Shown piece by piece: positions 36,483 through 46,793 of a DNA stretch of 64,000 bases (its first letter is position 1; each line of letters starts with the position of its first letter). The position numbers and the translations under genes were made by a program. Below the pieces are notes generated by a model, which searched no databases, was not told the DNA's origin, and saw nothing but the letters and a program-made list of their open reading frames with translations. Origin of the DNA: Candidatus Yanofskybacteria bacterium (lineage in GTDB: Bacteria > Patescibacteriota > Minisyncoccia > 2-02-FULL-40-12 > IGHO2-01-FULL-4-A); NCBI GenBank assembly GCA_016185545.1, contig JACPNJ010000005.1:167754-231753 (forward strand). The letters are read 5' to 3'.

Positions 36483-37706
36483 TTATTTGACTTGAAATTT
36501 TCCGTTTTCAAATAGATAAACCTTGTCATACACATCATTAAGCGGTTTCTCATAACGGCTGATATTTAAAACGGTTCCGTCTCCGTATTTCAAATACAGT
36601 GTCCTATTCAGTCCCAATAACGGCTCCAGAATTCTGTTATAAAAAATATTTGATTTAATCTGATAAAATTTGTCATCACTCAAAACTTCCGATCTTTTAA
36701 CGCTATACATCCATTCCGGATTGAGTTTATTCTGACAAGATATTTTCATGGCCTTCTTATTGTAAGAAATCAGGCAATTTTCCAAAAAACCGGAATGGGT
36801 AAAACCGAAAATAATGTCTTCACTGCCAATCGGTAATCTTTTGGCCGAAAAAGCGATCTTAACGGCATCAAAAATCTTTCGCGGCCTAAAAGAATAAAAG
36901 GTTCTTTTAAATGTATGGACCGCATCAAAATACGGCCCAACCTCCTCAATATTCATCTTACCCCACCTATTATGACGATAAATAATTAAGTTGGTGTTAC
37001 GGTTGGAACTAATGCTTTTTATCAAACTGGTCATAGCAATTATAGTGGGCAGGAATCCGGGGTCGGCAATAATAAACCAAATAGCGCCCTTTTTTGAAGA
37101 AATCGCGTTTCTAATCTCTTTTTCCAATAATTCATTTTTTGCGGGAATGATTTTATTCTGGGTCAACTTTTCATCAAAATTGTTTATAAAAAATTGAGGC
37201 GGCATTTCTTTGAAATAATCCTCATAAAAACCGGCTCGCGCTTCACCCATGGCCGTTTTAAATAATCGGGAAAAAACATAAGAATTTAATCCCATGGCAT
37301 AAGCCGGTACGGAAATCCAGGAAAACGGAGAAAAGACGCACTGAATCTTATCAAGATTTTTCATAAGAAAAAATTCGCTGATTGAAGTATCCTCAATGAA
37401 TTTAAAAGACGCTAGGTTAAGGAAATCTCGTTCATCTTTCTCCGCCGGATGCGGCTTATAATAAAAGTCATAACCCGCGCATTCTTTTCTAATGTAATCG
37501 AGGCATTTGTTTTCAATGTCTATGTAATTTTTTTGGTCTAATTCGGGAAAAAGACGAAAATCAAGGCCCATAAAAATGACCATTTTCTTTTCGTCTTTTC
37601 CTTGGCCTAAATTGTTAAAAACAGGATAGGGCGTTTTAAAAACGGCAATATTATTTTTTGCTGTGTTCAGTTTTTTCAATTTTCTGATGTCTTTGGCTAA
37701 AAACAT
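36483..37706 (-). CDS. hypothetical GT-B-like transferase with a KPHP motif (paralog of 23514..24725)
   Basis: CLDYIRKECAGYDFYYKPHPAEKDERDFLNL. Confidence 0.45.
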   Translation of the reverse strand: MFLAKDIRKLKKLNTAKNNIAVFKTPYPVFNNLGQGKDEKKMVIFMGLDFRLFPELDQKNYIDIENKCLDYIRKECAGYDFYYKPHPAEKDERDFLNLASFKFIEDTSISEFFLMKNLDKIQCVFSPFSWISVPAYAMGLNSYVFSRLFKTAMGEARAGFYEDYFKEMPPQFFINNFDEKLTQNKIIPAKNELLEKEIRNAISSKKGAIWFIIADPGFLPTIIAMTSLIKSISSNRNTNLIIYRHNRWGKMNIEEVGPYFDAVHTFKRTFYSFRPRKIFDAVKIAFSAKRLPIGSEDIIFGFTHSGFLENCLISYNKKAMKISCQNKLNPEWMYSVKRSEVLSDDKFYQIKSNIFYNRILEPLLGLNRTLYLKYGDGTVLNISRYEKPLNDVYDKVYLFENGKFQVK

Positions 37707-37715
37707 GAGTAGAAT

Positions 37716-37800
37716 AATTTAAACCTCAAATCTCAAAACTCAAAATTTAAATTTTGAATTTTAAATTACATTTTGAGATTTGAGATTTGCATTTTGAATT
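37716..37800. repeat. 'caaatctcaaaat' AT-rich palindromic hairpin (second empty copy)
   Basis: aacctcaaatctcaaaactcaaaattt ... cattttgagatttgagatttgcatttt. Confidence 0.65.
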
Positions 37801-37876
37801 CATTAAAAATACGGCTCTTTTAATGCCGTATTAATTTACCATAAAAACAAGGGTATGGCTAGATCAAAATATACTC

Positions 37877-38839
37877 TTACTCCAGGGTATTTTTTCTCCT
37901 TAATTTGGCCTCAATGGGTTTTTCTGAATCCAATAAAACTTTTGCGGGTTGGCCCAAATAAATAGGTAAATCCCTAAGCTGTACCGTCAATCTGCCCAAA
38001 CCGTATAATTCAAGACTGGCCGCTTGGTCTGTCCCCCACATAGCCCTATCCAGCGTAATGTGCCGCTCAATGACGCAGGCGCCTAATGAGGCGGCGACCA
38101 ATGAAGAATATACCCCGACCTCATGACCGGAGTAGCCGATATGAACCTTGGGGTATTTTTTAATCAGCCGGGGAATATTGGCTAAATGCAATTCATTGTC
38201 TTTACCGGGGTAAGTGGAGGTGCAATGCAAAATTACAAGATTTTCTTTCCCTAAAAATTTAACGATTTTTTCAATTCTCTCATCGTCGGTCATACCAACC
38301 GAGACTATAATAGGCTTACCCTTGGCTTTGATATGGGCCATCAGATTCCTGTCCAGGTTACATGCAGAAGCGATTTTGTAACAGGGCAGGTCAAACTGTT
38401 CAAGAAAGTCAACGCTTCCTTCATCCCATGGTGAAGCAAACCATAAAATTCCTTTCTGCCGGCAATATCGGTCAATTTCCCGATATTCTTTTTGCGTCAG
38501 CTCCAAAGCCCATTTAAGATCCCCGTTCGTAGAATTTTCAAAATCGGAATTGGTCAGTCGCTTGACGGCTTCATCGGAAAGGACTCCTCGTCTAACGGCA
38601 TTTCTCAACACGCCTTCGTTAACTTGGCGCGGCTTTGCCAATTCTTCAGCGGTATAGACAACCGGCACGGTTCTTTTTTGAAATTTAACCGCGTCACATC
38701 TCTGCGCAACTGCCCCGTCAATAAGCTTTTTAGCAATCTCAATATCGCCGTTATGGTTTATTCCAATCTCCGCAACTATAAAAACCGGCTGGTTGTATCC
38801 AATCTCTTTGCTTCCTATTTTCAACATCTCGGCTCCCAA
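37877..38839 (-). CDS. NeuB-family (sialic-acid-synthase-like) enzyme without a SAF domain
   Basis: VFIVAEIGINHNGD...DAVKFQKR. Confidence 0.7.
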   Translation of the reverse strand: MGAEMLKIGSKEIGYNQPVFIVAEIGINHNGDIEIAKKLIDGAVAQRCDAVKFQKRTVPVVYTAEELAKPRQVNEGVLRNAVRRGVLSDEAVKRLTNSDFENSTNGDLKWALELTQKEYREIDRYCRQKGILWFASPWDEGSVDFLEQFDLPCYKIASACNLDRNLMAHIKAKGKPIIVSVGMTDDERIEKIVKFLGKENLVILHCTSTYPGKDNELHLANIPRLIKKYPKVHIGYSGHEVGVYSSLVAASLGACVIERHITLDRAMWGTDQAASLELYGLGRLTVQLRDLPIYLGQPAKVLLDSEKPIEAKLRRKNTLE

Positions 38840-38975
38840 TTTTTTGTCAAAGAAACAATAAAGTCATCAAAGCAACCTAGAAATTTAAGTCAATCTTGAC
38901 TAAAAAAATTATTCTGTTTTTGCTTCTCGTTCGGTAAAATAAAACCGCGCAAATGCGTGGTTTATTAGTAAAAAC

Positions 38976-39554
38976 TTATAGTTCACTTTCTACCAAAGAA
39001 CAGAGCAGATGTATAATCATCTGGTGAACCTCTTGGATTAAGGCGGTATTGGTTGCTGGCACGATAATTGCAACATCAACCAGCGATAATAGATTTTTAG
39101 TTTTTTGACTGAATAATCCGATTGATTTGGCACCATGATTTTTAGCGGCCAGGAAAGCATTATAAATATTTAAAGAATGACTGCTACCGGCAGTTACATC
39201 ACTCGTGGTTAATCCTATTACCAAATCACCTGGACAACATAGCGCTTCAATCTGTCTTGAAAAAACCAACTCAAATCCATCATCATTGCTTTGGGCCGTC
39301 AAAATTGAGGAATTGGTAGTTATGGCAATAGCGGGAATAGCTCGCCGGTTTTTTTCAAACTTGCAAACCAACTCAGCTGCAAAATGTTGGGCTTGAGCTG
39401 CCGAACCGCCGTTGCCTAAAATTAAAACCTTTTTACCTGAATTGATAGTCTTTTTAATAAGTTCATGGGCATTTAAAATCTGCTGCTTAAATTCTAACGA
39501 TTCGCTTATTTTCTGATATAAAAGTTTCCTTTGAACCAAAAGCTCATCCAACAT
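38976..39554 (-). CDS. gmhA: SIS-domain sedoheptulose-7-phosphate isomerase-like
   Basis: VLILGNGGSAAQAQHFAAEL... Confidence 0.7.
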   Translation of the reverse strand: MLDELLVQRKLLYQKISESLEFKQQILNAHELIKKTINSGKKVLILGNGGSAAQAQHFAAELVCKFEKNRRAIPAIAITTNSSILTAQSNDDGFELVFSRQIEALCCPGDLVIGLTTSDVTAGSSHSLNIYNAFLAAKNHGAKSIGLFSQKTKNLLSLVDVAIIVPATNTALIQEVHQMIIHLLCSLVESEL

Positions 39555-39704
39555 GATTAAACTCCTTTTTTAAAAGTGCTGTTCTTCTGCTGATTGCATT
39601 ATTTTTACACGACAAACCGATTACTAGCAATATCTTGACTTGTTTCAACAAAATGGTAGATTATTTAGAATGCGGAATTGGTCTTTTAAAAACAGGAGAA
39701 AATT

Positions 39705-40934
39705 ATGGGTTGGAGATTTAAGGGCAATGAGCTCAAATACTTAAAAGAAGTTCTGGATTCCGATTTCAAACTTACCGGTGGAAGCATGGTTAAAAGATTT
39801 GAAGACAAGTTCAAGCAAGTATTCGGCATGCCGTACGCGATAGCTACCACATCAGGGACGGCCGCGCTTCATCAAGCTCTTCTTGCCTGCGGCATTCGTC
39901 CTGGCGACGAGGTGATCGTACCGCCTCTGACGCCGCTTATGTGCACTTTGGCGGTAATTTATTGTCGAGCCAAACCGGTTTTCGCCGATGTCAGGCCTGA
40001 TACATTTTTACTTGATCCAGAGGATGTCAAAAGAAAAATAACACCCAAAACTAAAGTCATCATGCCCGTCCATCTGTGCGGTCATATATGCGATATGGAC
40101 GAAATCATGTCCGTAGCAAGAGGGGCTGATCTTCGGGTAATTGAAGATTGTGCTCAATGTTGTTTTGGGCTAGATCATAAAGATCGCGTAGCGGGAACAA
40201 TCGGCGACATCGGTATTTTCAGTTTTGGCGAATATAAAATGCTTTCAAGCGGCGAAGGAGGCGCACTTATAACAAAAAATGTTGGTCTTGCCGAGAAGAT
40301 TCGCAAAGTAGGACATTTGGGTTTTAAAAATGTTTCCGCTGAAAGCGCTGGATCAGTAGGCAAAAACCCGTTGAGAATTCAGGACCCAAGCTTTTTGAGA
40401 CACGACTCCATAGGTTTAAATTATATAATGTCAGAATTTACGGGAGCCGTGGCCATGGCTCAATTGGAAAGAATCCATTGGTTCCTAAATAAAAGAATTG
40501 CCATGGCGGCTTGGTATGATCAAGCCATAAGGAATTGTGAATGGCTAATAAAACCGCAATCTGCACCACCTGGTTCTAAGCCGACATTTTGGACTTACGC
40601 AGTTTTGTTTGAAGGCCAGAAAAAACTTGGAATCAGTTGGTATGAATTCAGAGATAAGTTTATTCATTTCGGCGGAGATAAAATCAGGGCGGCTCTGGCC
40701 TTGGTTTATAATGATCCGGCAATTTTTAATCTTAGCCGGACCGGATGTTTATTTCATGACCAGTACGAGCAAGGAAAGGACCTGAAAGATTTTCTAAAAG
40801 ATAATCAATACTGCCCTAACGCCGAATATCTTCAGCCACGATTAATGTATTTCACGACCAATCAAAAAAATCAAAGGGGGATGCAAAAGCAAGCTGAAGC
40901 ACTACGCAAAACAATAGAATATTTTGGAATTTAA
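39705..40934 (+). CDS. DegT/DnrJ/EryC1/StrS-family aminotransferase
   Basis: ATTSGTAALHQAL...GDEVIVPPLT...SFGEYKMLSSGEGG. Confidence 0.75.
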   Translation: MGWRFKGNELKYLKEVLDSDFKLTGGSMVKRFEDKFKQVFGMPYAIATTSGTAALHQALLACGIRPGDEVIVPPLTPLMCTLAVIYCRAKPVFADVRPDTFLLDPEDVKRKITPKTKVIMPVHLCGHICDMDEIMSVARGADLRVIEDCAQCCFGLDHKDRVAGTIGDIGIFSFGEYKMLSSGEGGALITKNVGLAEKIRKVGHLGFKNVSAESAGSVGKNPLRIQDPSFLRHDSIGLNYIMSEFTGAVAMAQLERIHWFLNKRIAMAAWYDQAIRNCEWLIKPQSAPPGSKPTFWTYAVLFEGQKKLGISWYEFRDKFIHFGGDKIRAALALVYNDPAIFNLSRTGCLFHDQYEQGKDLKDFLKDNQYCPNAEYLQPRLMYFTTNQKNQRGMQKQAEALRKTIEYFGI

Positions 40935-40955
40935 AACCGGCATAAAACCGGTTTT

Positions 40956-42005
40956 TTAAATACAGTATTTTTTAAATTCCGACATCGCAACAATTCTTTT
41001 TTGCTGTGAGCTTTGCCAACAGGCCTCAATCACCGCAAGCGCATTTAATGCTTCCTGATAGCCGGTTTCAACATTTTTTTTCTTGCCTTCAATAACATCA
41101 AAAAACTCATTGATTTCTTCGGCTATCGTGTCAATTGGATTTAAATCAATTTCTAATTCAGGTGATGACACCTTGTTTATATCCCTTCCATTTCGTAGCC
41201 ACATCTGATCACCGAGAATATTTATAATGCCATCCGTTCCATAGATATTAAATACGTCCACCGACGGCATATTATAATTGGCCTCAATGAACGCGGTCGC
41301 GTCTTTTTCCAAACAAAGCATAGTAGCATTAGAATCGGGTACGGCTGATAGTCTGGATATGTTTTTAAGCACTGACGAAACAGAATCAACTCTTCCTGCC
41401 AGGTAATGAATGGCTTCAATTAAATGAATGCCGACCGTAATCAAGGGCCCTTCTCGGTGGCGAGTTTTCTGGAAACGCCAGTTAGATTGGTCCATTTGAT
41501 AGGCAATCCCCTTTGAATCGTTGGCATAGATGCTTACAACTTCACCAATAACCCCGTCGGATATTAACTCCTTGGCTTTTCTTATTGGTGCTTCACGCCG
41601 CTTATTGTGTCCCACCATGAATACTTTGTCTTTTTGCAAAAGCGCTTTTAACGGCAATGCTTCGTGATAATAGCCGGCGATGGGTTTTTCAACAAAAACG
41701 TGTTTTTTTGCTCGCAGGCAATGCTCCAAATAAAAAGCGTGGCTGTCATTGGGCGTTGTAATAAATACAATATCAGTGTCAGGATCAGCTAACGCTTCGC
41801 TTAAATCCCAGCTTGCCTCTGAACCGAAATGTTTTATTGCCTCCACTTTATCTGGATAAAAAAATGATATTTCCACTTTTTCCGACCAATCTATTACAAT
41901 ACGGCCAATCTTTTGGGCAAAGTTGCCATATCCTATCCATAGTATTTTGTGTTTCATGTCCTGTTTCATGTGCCTCCCTTCTAAAACCCGCAACAGCGGT
42001 TGCAA
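40956..42005 (-). CDS. Gfo/Idh/MocA-family oxidoreductase
   Basis: ILWIGYGNFAQK NAD-binding N-terminus. Confidence 0.65.
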   Translation of the reverse strand: MQPLLRVLEGRHMKQDMKHKILWIGYGNFAQKIGRIVIDWSEKVEISFFYPDKVEAIKHFGSEASWDLSEALADPDTDIVFITTPNDSHAFYLEHCLRAKKHVFVEKPIAGYYHEALPLKALLQKDKVFMVGHNKRREAPIRKAKELISDGVIGEVVSIYANDSKGIAYQMDQSNWRFQKTRHREGPLITVGIHLIEAIHYLAGRVDSVSSVLKNISRLSAVPDSNATMLCLEKDATAFIEANYNMPSVDVFNIYGTDGIINILGDQMWLRNGRDINKVSSPELEIDLNPIDTIAEEINEFFDVIEGKKKNVETGYQEALNALAVIEACWQSSQQKRIVAMSEFKKYCI

Positions 42006-43237
42006 GGCGAGTAATTATTCTTCAATTTTGCCAAGTGGTCAGTCCTCATTTTTTGGAGTTTTTCACCAAGCCAAATAGATCTAACCGCATGGTCTTGATC
42101 TAGCTTTCCCAAACAAAGCATTGATTTGTAGTCCTCGTCGCATGGATTAATCCTGCCATCCCACAGAATATAGAGTCTTTCCCACAAAAAAGAACATGGG
42201 GAGTTTTCGGTAGGACGCAGGGGGCTTTCATAAATTCCCAAACGTTCAGTTGCTCTTTCGCTTGCGAATTCATCCGCTAACCCGTTCCAGAAAACCTTTG
42301 CTTGCTCAATATCCTGACTTTTTTTAAAAACAACCATTGACACTCTGGATAAAGTCGGGGAATTTGGAAACACATTTTTCTTCAATTCCGTAAATCGCTT
42401 GAGATTTTTAGTCACCTCTTCAAATTTAGCTCCTCGGCGGATTTCTTCATAACTCTCTTTCGTATGCGCGTCAATTGAAAAAACTATGAGCGCCGGACCT
42501 GCTTCAAGCAGTTCCCTCGCCATTTTGTCCGTTAGTTTGGTCGCATTAGTGTTAATCTTTACGTCAATGATGCCTTTTTGAGTGGCATAAGCGACCATCT
42601 TGGAAAAATCAGGATGAAGGGTCGGTTCGCCCCTTCCGGCAAAAACCATAGAACATAAGCCGGCTTCTGACGCCTCATCTACAACAGCTTTAAATAAACC
42701 AAAGTCCATCCAGCCCATATGCGATCTTTCCGAAGTAAAACTCTTGTCTGACCACCAACACATCTCACACCTTAAGTTACAAATACTGGTTGGCTCTATC
42801 ACCAAAACAATCGGAAAATGATCAAGTATCTTCTGCGCCGGGTATTGGCAAAATTTATACCGATAAGCCAGATATTTTATCCTAGTAGAAGCATCATGAT
42901 ACGAAAGCGAGCGCGCCAATTCAGATGTAGCAAAAGAGTTTTTCTTAAAATTATCGGATCTGCCGGCAAATTCATGGAAACTGTGGTTTTCTAGAAAACT
43001 GATAATGCCCTCAAGCACTGTCTTTGGGTAAGACGAGGCGGAAGCATTAATTTCAGCCCGCACGATGCTAATTAGCTCTCGAATAGACGACTCGGTTAAT
43101 GGAGTATTGGCAGTGGAGCAATGAAATCGAAGCTCGTCTTCAGAATATAAGCTGTTGCTTGAATCTGACATCACGCCTTCCTTTCCTGTTGTCAAAATAT
43201 CTTGGTTAATTATAATATATTTTGCCCAAAATGGCAA
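41981..43237 (-). CDS. radical SAM / SPASM-domain enzyme
   Basis: CNLRCEMC (Cx3Cx2C) plus a C-terminal Cys-rich SPASM region. Confidence 0.7.
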   Translation of the reverse strand: MPFWAKYIIINQDILTTGKEGVMSDSSNSLYSEDELRFHCSTANTPLTESSIRELISIVRAEINASASSYPKTVLEGIISFLENHSFHEFAGRSDNFKKNSFATSELARSLSYHDASTRIKYLAYRYKFCQYPAQKILDHFPIVLVIEPTSICNLRCEMCWWSDKSFTSERSHMGWMDFGLFKAVVDEASEAGLCSMVFAGRGEPTLHPDFSKMVAYATQKGIIDVKINTNATKLTDKMARELLEAGPALIVFSIDAHTKESYEEIRRGAKFEEVTKNLKRFTELKKNVFPNSPTLSRVSMVVFKKSQDIEQAKVFWNGLADEFASERATERLGIYESPLRPTENSPCSFLWERLYILWDGRINPCDEDYKSMLCLGKLDQDHAVRSIWLGEKLQKMRTDHLAKLKNNYSPCNRCCGF

Positions 43238-43264
43238 CTTTACGTTATTTTTGCAGAAAATAAA

Positions 43265-43291
43265 AAAGAGTAGGGAAATCCTACTCTGGAA
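43265..43291 (-). terminator. rho-independent terminator (minus strand)
   Basis: agagtaggatttccctactct followed by tttttatttt on the minus strand. Confidence 0.65.
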
Positions 43292-43873
43292 CTATTGAGG
43301 GGAAAGCGTAAACGGATCTACTCCCCGACACTCAAGTATGAAATTTGCAAAATCTCGAATGGCCCCATTACCACCGGGACGTTCAGAAATAAAATGGGCA
43401 ATGTCTTTAACAATCTTCTCGGCAGATATTGGCGCTGCCCTTAAAGCCACGCGCCGTAGCAATGGAACGTCAACCAGATCATCTCCCATAAAGGCGGCAT
43501 CATCAAAAGATAGTCCAACCTCGGCTAAATATTCCTCAGCAGCAATGATTTTTTTGGTCCCCCCCATGCCAGTATACAATTTTACGTGATGCCAACCTCC
43601 ATCACCAGGATTTTTTTCCGAAGATGGTAGTTTATTAAGTTTTGCCACTACATCAGAAATGGCTTTAGCAGACTCGTCTTTCTCGTTAGTAATGAAACAA
43701 ACTCTAATACCTATGGCTCTAAGCAAAGAGGTCCCCTGTCCATCATAATAGCTACGCCATTTTCCTTTGTGTGTGGCGCCTTCCAAAACTTGATTGTTGG
43801 TAAAAACACCATCCACATCCGAAAAAAATATTTTGACTCTCTCAACTAGCTTTTTATCTGCATTAAAAACCAT
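43292..43873 (-). CDS. KdsC-family HAD phosphatase (sugar-acid phosphate phosphatase)
   Basis: FFSDVDGVFT HAD motif I; YrbI/KdsC-like layout. Confidence 0.65.
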   Translation of the reverse strand: MVFNADKKLVERVKIFFSDVDGVFTNNQVLEGATHKGKWRSYYDGQGTSLLRAIGIRVCFITNEKDESAKAISDVVAKLNKLPSSEKNPGDGGWHHVKLYTGMGGTKKIIAAEEYLAEVGLSFDDAAFMGDDLVDVPLLRRVALRAAPISAEKIVKDIAHFISERPGGNGAIRDFANFILECRGVDPFTLSPQ

Positions 43874-44069
43874 GGGTATTTTTACCTCCTTTTTTAAAAA
43901 ACAATCTTCTATAACTTAGCAAATACCCAAAAACTTGTCAAATCATGGGTCGCTACAGTCGTCTTGCCTTTATGAAAACTTAAAGGTATACTTAAAAAGT
44001 CTACGCAGTTCGGCTGACCAAAGGGTCTTTTAAAATATGTACTGCTTAAAACCAAGAAAGGGGAAATCT

Positions 44070-45161
44070 ATGGATAATATTTATGTTTTTAAACCAAATA
44101 ATCACAGCAAGTGGCAGATTAGCTGGAACCCGGTTTCAAGTGCTGTGGTAGAAGAGATTAAAAAGGTTCTACTTGAAGGATACGGCCTTTTTGACACAGT
44201 AGAGGTTTGCCAGGTTGATGAGTGGGAAAAGATGAGCAATAACTTTAAAATTATACTCGCCACAGAAAACGGTTTTAAAAAATTCCTGCTTAGAAAAAAT
44301 ATAGTTATTAAATCTGAACATAATCTTGATATGATGGAAAAACTGTCTTCTTTCTTGCGACAAGATGGAGAAATCCCAACTCCACGAATTATCAAAACCA
44401 GCAATGAAAGTTTCTTCTTTCATTATCAAGGATTTTTCTACCAGCTTTTTGAATTCATTGGGGGTGATCATTTCCGAGGAACAAAAGAAGAGCTGGCTGA
44501 TTTTGCAGAAAATCTTGCTCATGTTCACACAGCTTTATCCCATTTTCCCTTTGCTGAAGAAATGAAAATCTTGAAGTCAGCAATCCTTATGCCGTGGAAT
44601 GCGGCTGGCTGGAAAGAAATATTTTCTTGTTGCCAGAGAAAAAGTACAGAAATTGATTTAGCTGTTGTGTCTGCTCAAGATTTAATCCTCAAAGCATCTG
44701 CCTGTGCAAAGATAGACTCCTCAAAAAATACCAGAAAACAGGTTATAAAGGGCGACCAACATCCGCTTAATACTTTATATGAGAATAATAAGCTTACGGC
44801 GTTACTTGATTTTGCTGATGCTGAATTCGGCGAGCTGGTCAAAGATATTGGCAATGCCTGCCATAGATTCGTGCGCCAATTTGTAGTTTTTCGGGAAGGC
44901 GATTGGCAAAAAACACTCCCACTCGGACTTGAGGTTTTTTTCAATCATTATCAATCAATTAACCCGCTAACGGAAGAGGAAAAGCTATCAGTTCCTTCGG
45001 CTATATTAGATGGCCTTCTTCAAAAAATTTATACACGATTATATTTTTACTATATGACTACTGAATCAGAAAAATATGATGACATAGCGGAAGTTAGAAA
45101 GTTATTAGGATTGCTTAAAGAAGCTTGCATAATAAATGAATATATAGCAAAGAAAATATAA
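44070..45161 (+). CDS. APH/choline-kinase-fold phosphotransferase
   Basis: Brenner-like KGDQHPLN and DFADAEFG motifs; AAGGGG SD before the ATG at 44070. Confidence 0.6.
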   Translation: MDNIYVFKPNNHSKWQISWNPVSSAVVEEIKKVLLEGYGLFDTVEVCQVDEWEKMSNNFKIILATENGFKKFLLRKNIVIKSEHNLDMMEKLSSFLRQDGEIPTPRIIKTSNESFFFHYQGFFYQLFEFIGGDHFRGTKEELADFAENLAHVHTALSHFPFAEEMKILKSAILMPWNAAGWKEIFSCCQRKSTEIDLAVVSAQDLILKASACAKIDSSKNTRKQVIKGDQHPLNTLYENNKLTALLDFADAEFGELVKDIGNACHRFVRQFVVFREGDWQKTLPLGLEVFFNHYQSINPLTEEEKLSVPSAILDGLLQKIYTRLYFYYMTTESEKYDDIAEVRKLLGLLKEACIINEYIAKKI

Positions 45162-45190
45162 AATCGGCATTATGCCGATTTTTGTTTATT
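45162..45190 (+). terminator. rho-independent terminator
   Basis: aatcggcattatgccgatt followed by tttgtttatt. Confidence 0.8.
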
Positions 45191-45201
45191 AAAAATTAAT
45201 A

Positions 45202-46035
45202 CTACCAAGAAGTAAACCCACCATCTAAAACCAAAGTAGTTCCGGTCATATATGAAGCCGCCCCGGAAGCCAGGAAAAGTATTGCTCCGTTATATTCATC
45301 TACATTGGCCATTCTACCAAGAGGTACGCGCTGACTGTAACTTTCTATGAATTCTTTATCGCTGGCCGGATTGAGAACTCCACCGAACGCGACTGCCACC
45401 ACTCTTATCCCGCGAGGAGCCCATTGTATGGCTAAATCTCGGGTCATTGCCACAAGAGCGGCCTTAGAGGCACCATAAGAAGCGTCTTTAACGAATTTAT
45501 TTTTACCAATTTTTTGCCTATAATCGTAAATCCTTTGATCGGGAGCAACCAGGGCATATTGTGATACAATATTTATAATTACTCCGTTTTTTTCTGCCTC
45601 AATAATTCTTTTGCCAATTATCTTTGCGCAAATCGCCGCGCCGGTCACATTCACTTTAAAAACTCGCTCCCACAAATCAATGGGATATTCCTCAAAAGCT
45701 TCTCCCGCGCCCTGTGGATTATTGGGCGATGCTTTCCAGCCGGCATTATTAATTAGTATAGTGGGAATGCCCCACTGTTTTTCTATGGCTATTAAACCCT
45801 TTTTTACGCTATTCTCGCTGGTGATATCTACTTTTAAAAAAAGAAGCGGATACTCTCGGGCTAATTCTTCCAATTCTTGGTTTGGTTTTTCAGTTATATC
45901 AAATGTTGCCACCTTTGCGTTCGCCTGAACCAAGGTTTTGGCAAATTGACTACCCAGTTTGCCAAGACCGCCGGTTATAATAACAACTTGCCCGTTCAAA
46001 TCAAACAGATTGAAAGGATATGCCAACTCTCTCAT
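45202..46035 (-). CDS. short-chain dehydrogenase/reductase
   Basis: VIITGGLGKLGSQ Rossmann motif. Confidence 0.7.
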   Translation of the reverse strand: MRELAYPFNLFDLNGQVVIITGGLGKLGSQFAKTLVQANAKVATFDITEKPNQELEELAREYPLLFLKVDITSENSVKKGLIAIEKQWGIPTILINNAGWKASPNNPQGAGEAFEEYPIDLWERVFKVNVTGAAICAKIIGKRIIEAEKNGVIINIVSQYALVAPDQRIYDYRQKIGKNKFVKDASYGASKAALVAMTRDLAIQWAPRGIRVVAVAFGGVLNPASDKEFIESYSQRVPLGRMANVDEYNGAILFLASGAASYMTGTTLVLDGGFTSW

Positions 46036-46616
46036 AATAAGCCCTCCTTCGTTGATGATTTAAAAGCAAAGCTAGAAGCGTACCATTCTACATATTTACA
46101 CCAAGTTCCCTGTGCTGTCATTAAAATCTCAATTGCTTCAGACACAGCTCCGCATCCGCCTTTAGATTTTGTGATTATATGGGCAATTTTTTTATTTTCA
46201 TTTGAACCGTCTTCTGGCGTCATGGCGACACCGACCTGTTTCATGACGTGCAAATCGCACCAATCATCACCAATATACATTATGTTTTCTGGACTTGCGT
46301 CATATTCTTTTTTCATAAACTCAAAAAAATCTATTTTTTGTTCGATGAGTTCCGCTTTAAATACAAGGCGCACGCCGGTAACTTCTTTGCTACGCCTGAT
46401 AACCGCAGCGCATTTGCGTCCGGTAAACCAAGCAATTTTTAAACCGCTTCTCATGGCTACCATCATCCTTGGTTTGTCTTTTGCCCAAAAAGCTTTGGTT
46501 TCTTCAGGATGGTCACTCAGATAAATCTTACCGTCCGTGAGCACCCCATCTACATCTGTAACAATTACCCTGATTTTCTTTAATTTATTCTTAAGATTTT
46601 GGGCGTTAAGTTCCAC
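46032..46616 (-). CDS. KdsC-family HAD phosphatase
   Basis: VIVTDVDGVLTDGKIY...IGDDWCDL. Confidence 0.7.
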   Translation of the reverse strand: MELNAQNLKNKLKKIRVIVTDVDGVLTDGKIYLSDHPEETKAFWAKDKPRMMVAMRSGLKIAWFTGRKCAAVIRRSKEVTGVRLVFKAELIEQKIDFFEFMKKEYDASPENIMYIGDDWCDLHVMKQVGVAMTPEDGSNENKKIAHIITKSKGGCGAVSEAIEILMTAQGTWCKYVEWYASSFAFKSSTKEGLL

Positions 46617-46793
46617 GGTTGCCTCCCAGGATTTAAGTTATTAAAGTTCTCTCTTTAATTTTAAAGATACGGCCTGACATTAAATTTGTCAAGATTTTTA
46701 TTTTACAAAACATACAGTATATGTTATTCTAAAGATAACTGTTCTTTCACAAATACACACCGCACATTAGAAAAAACAAGGGGTGGAGAGAAT

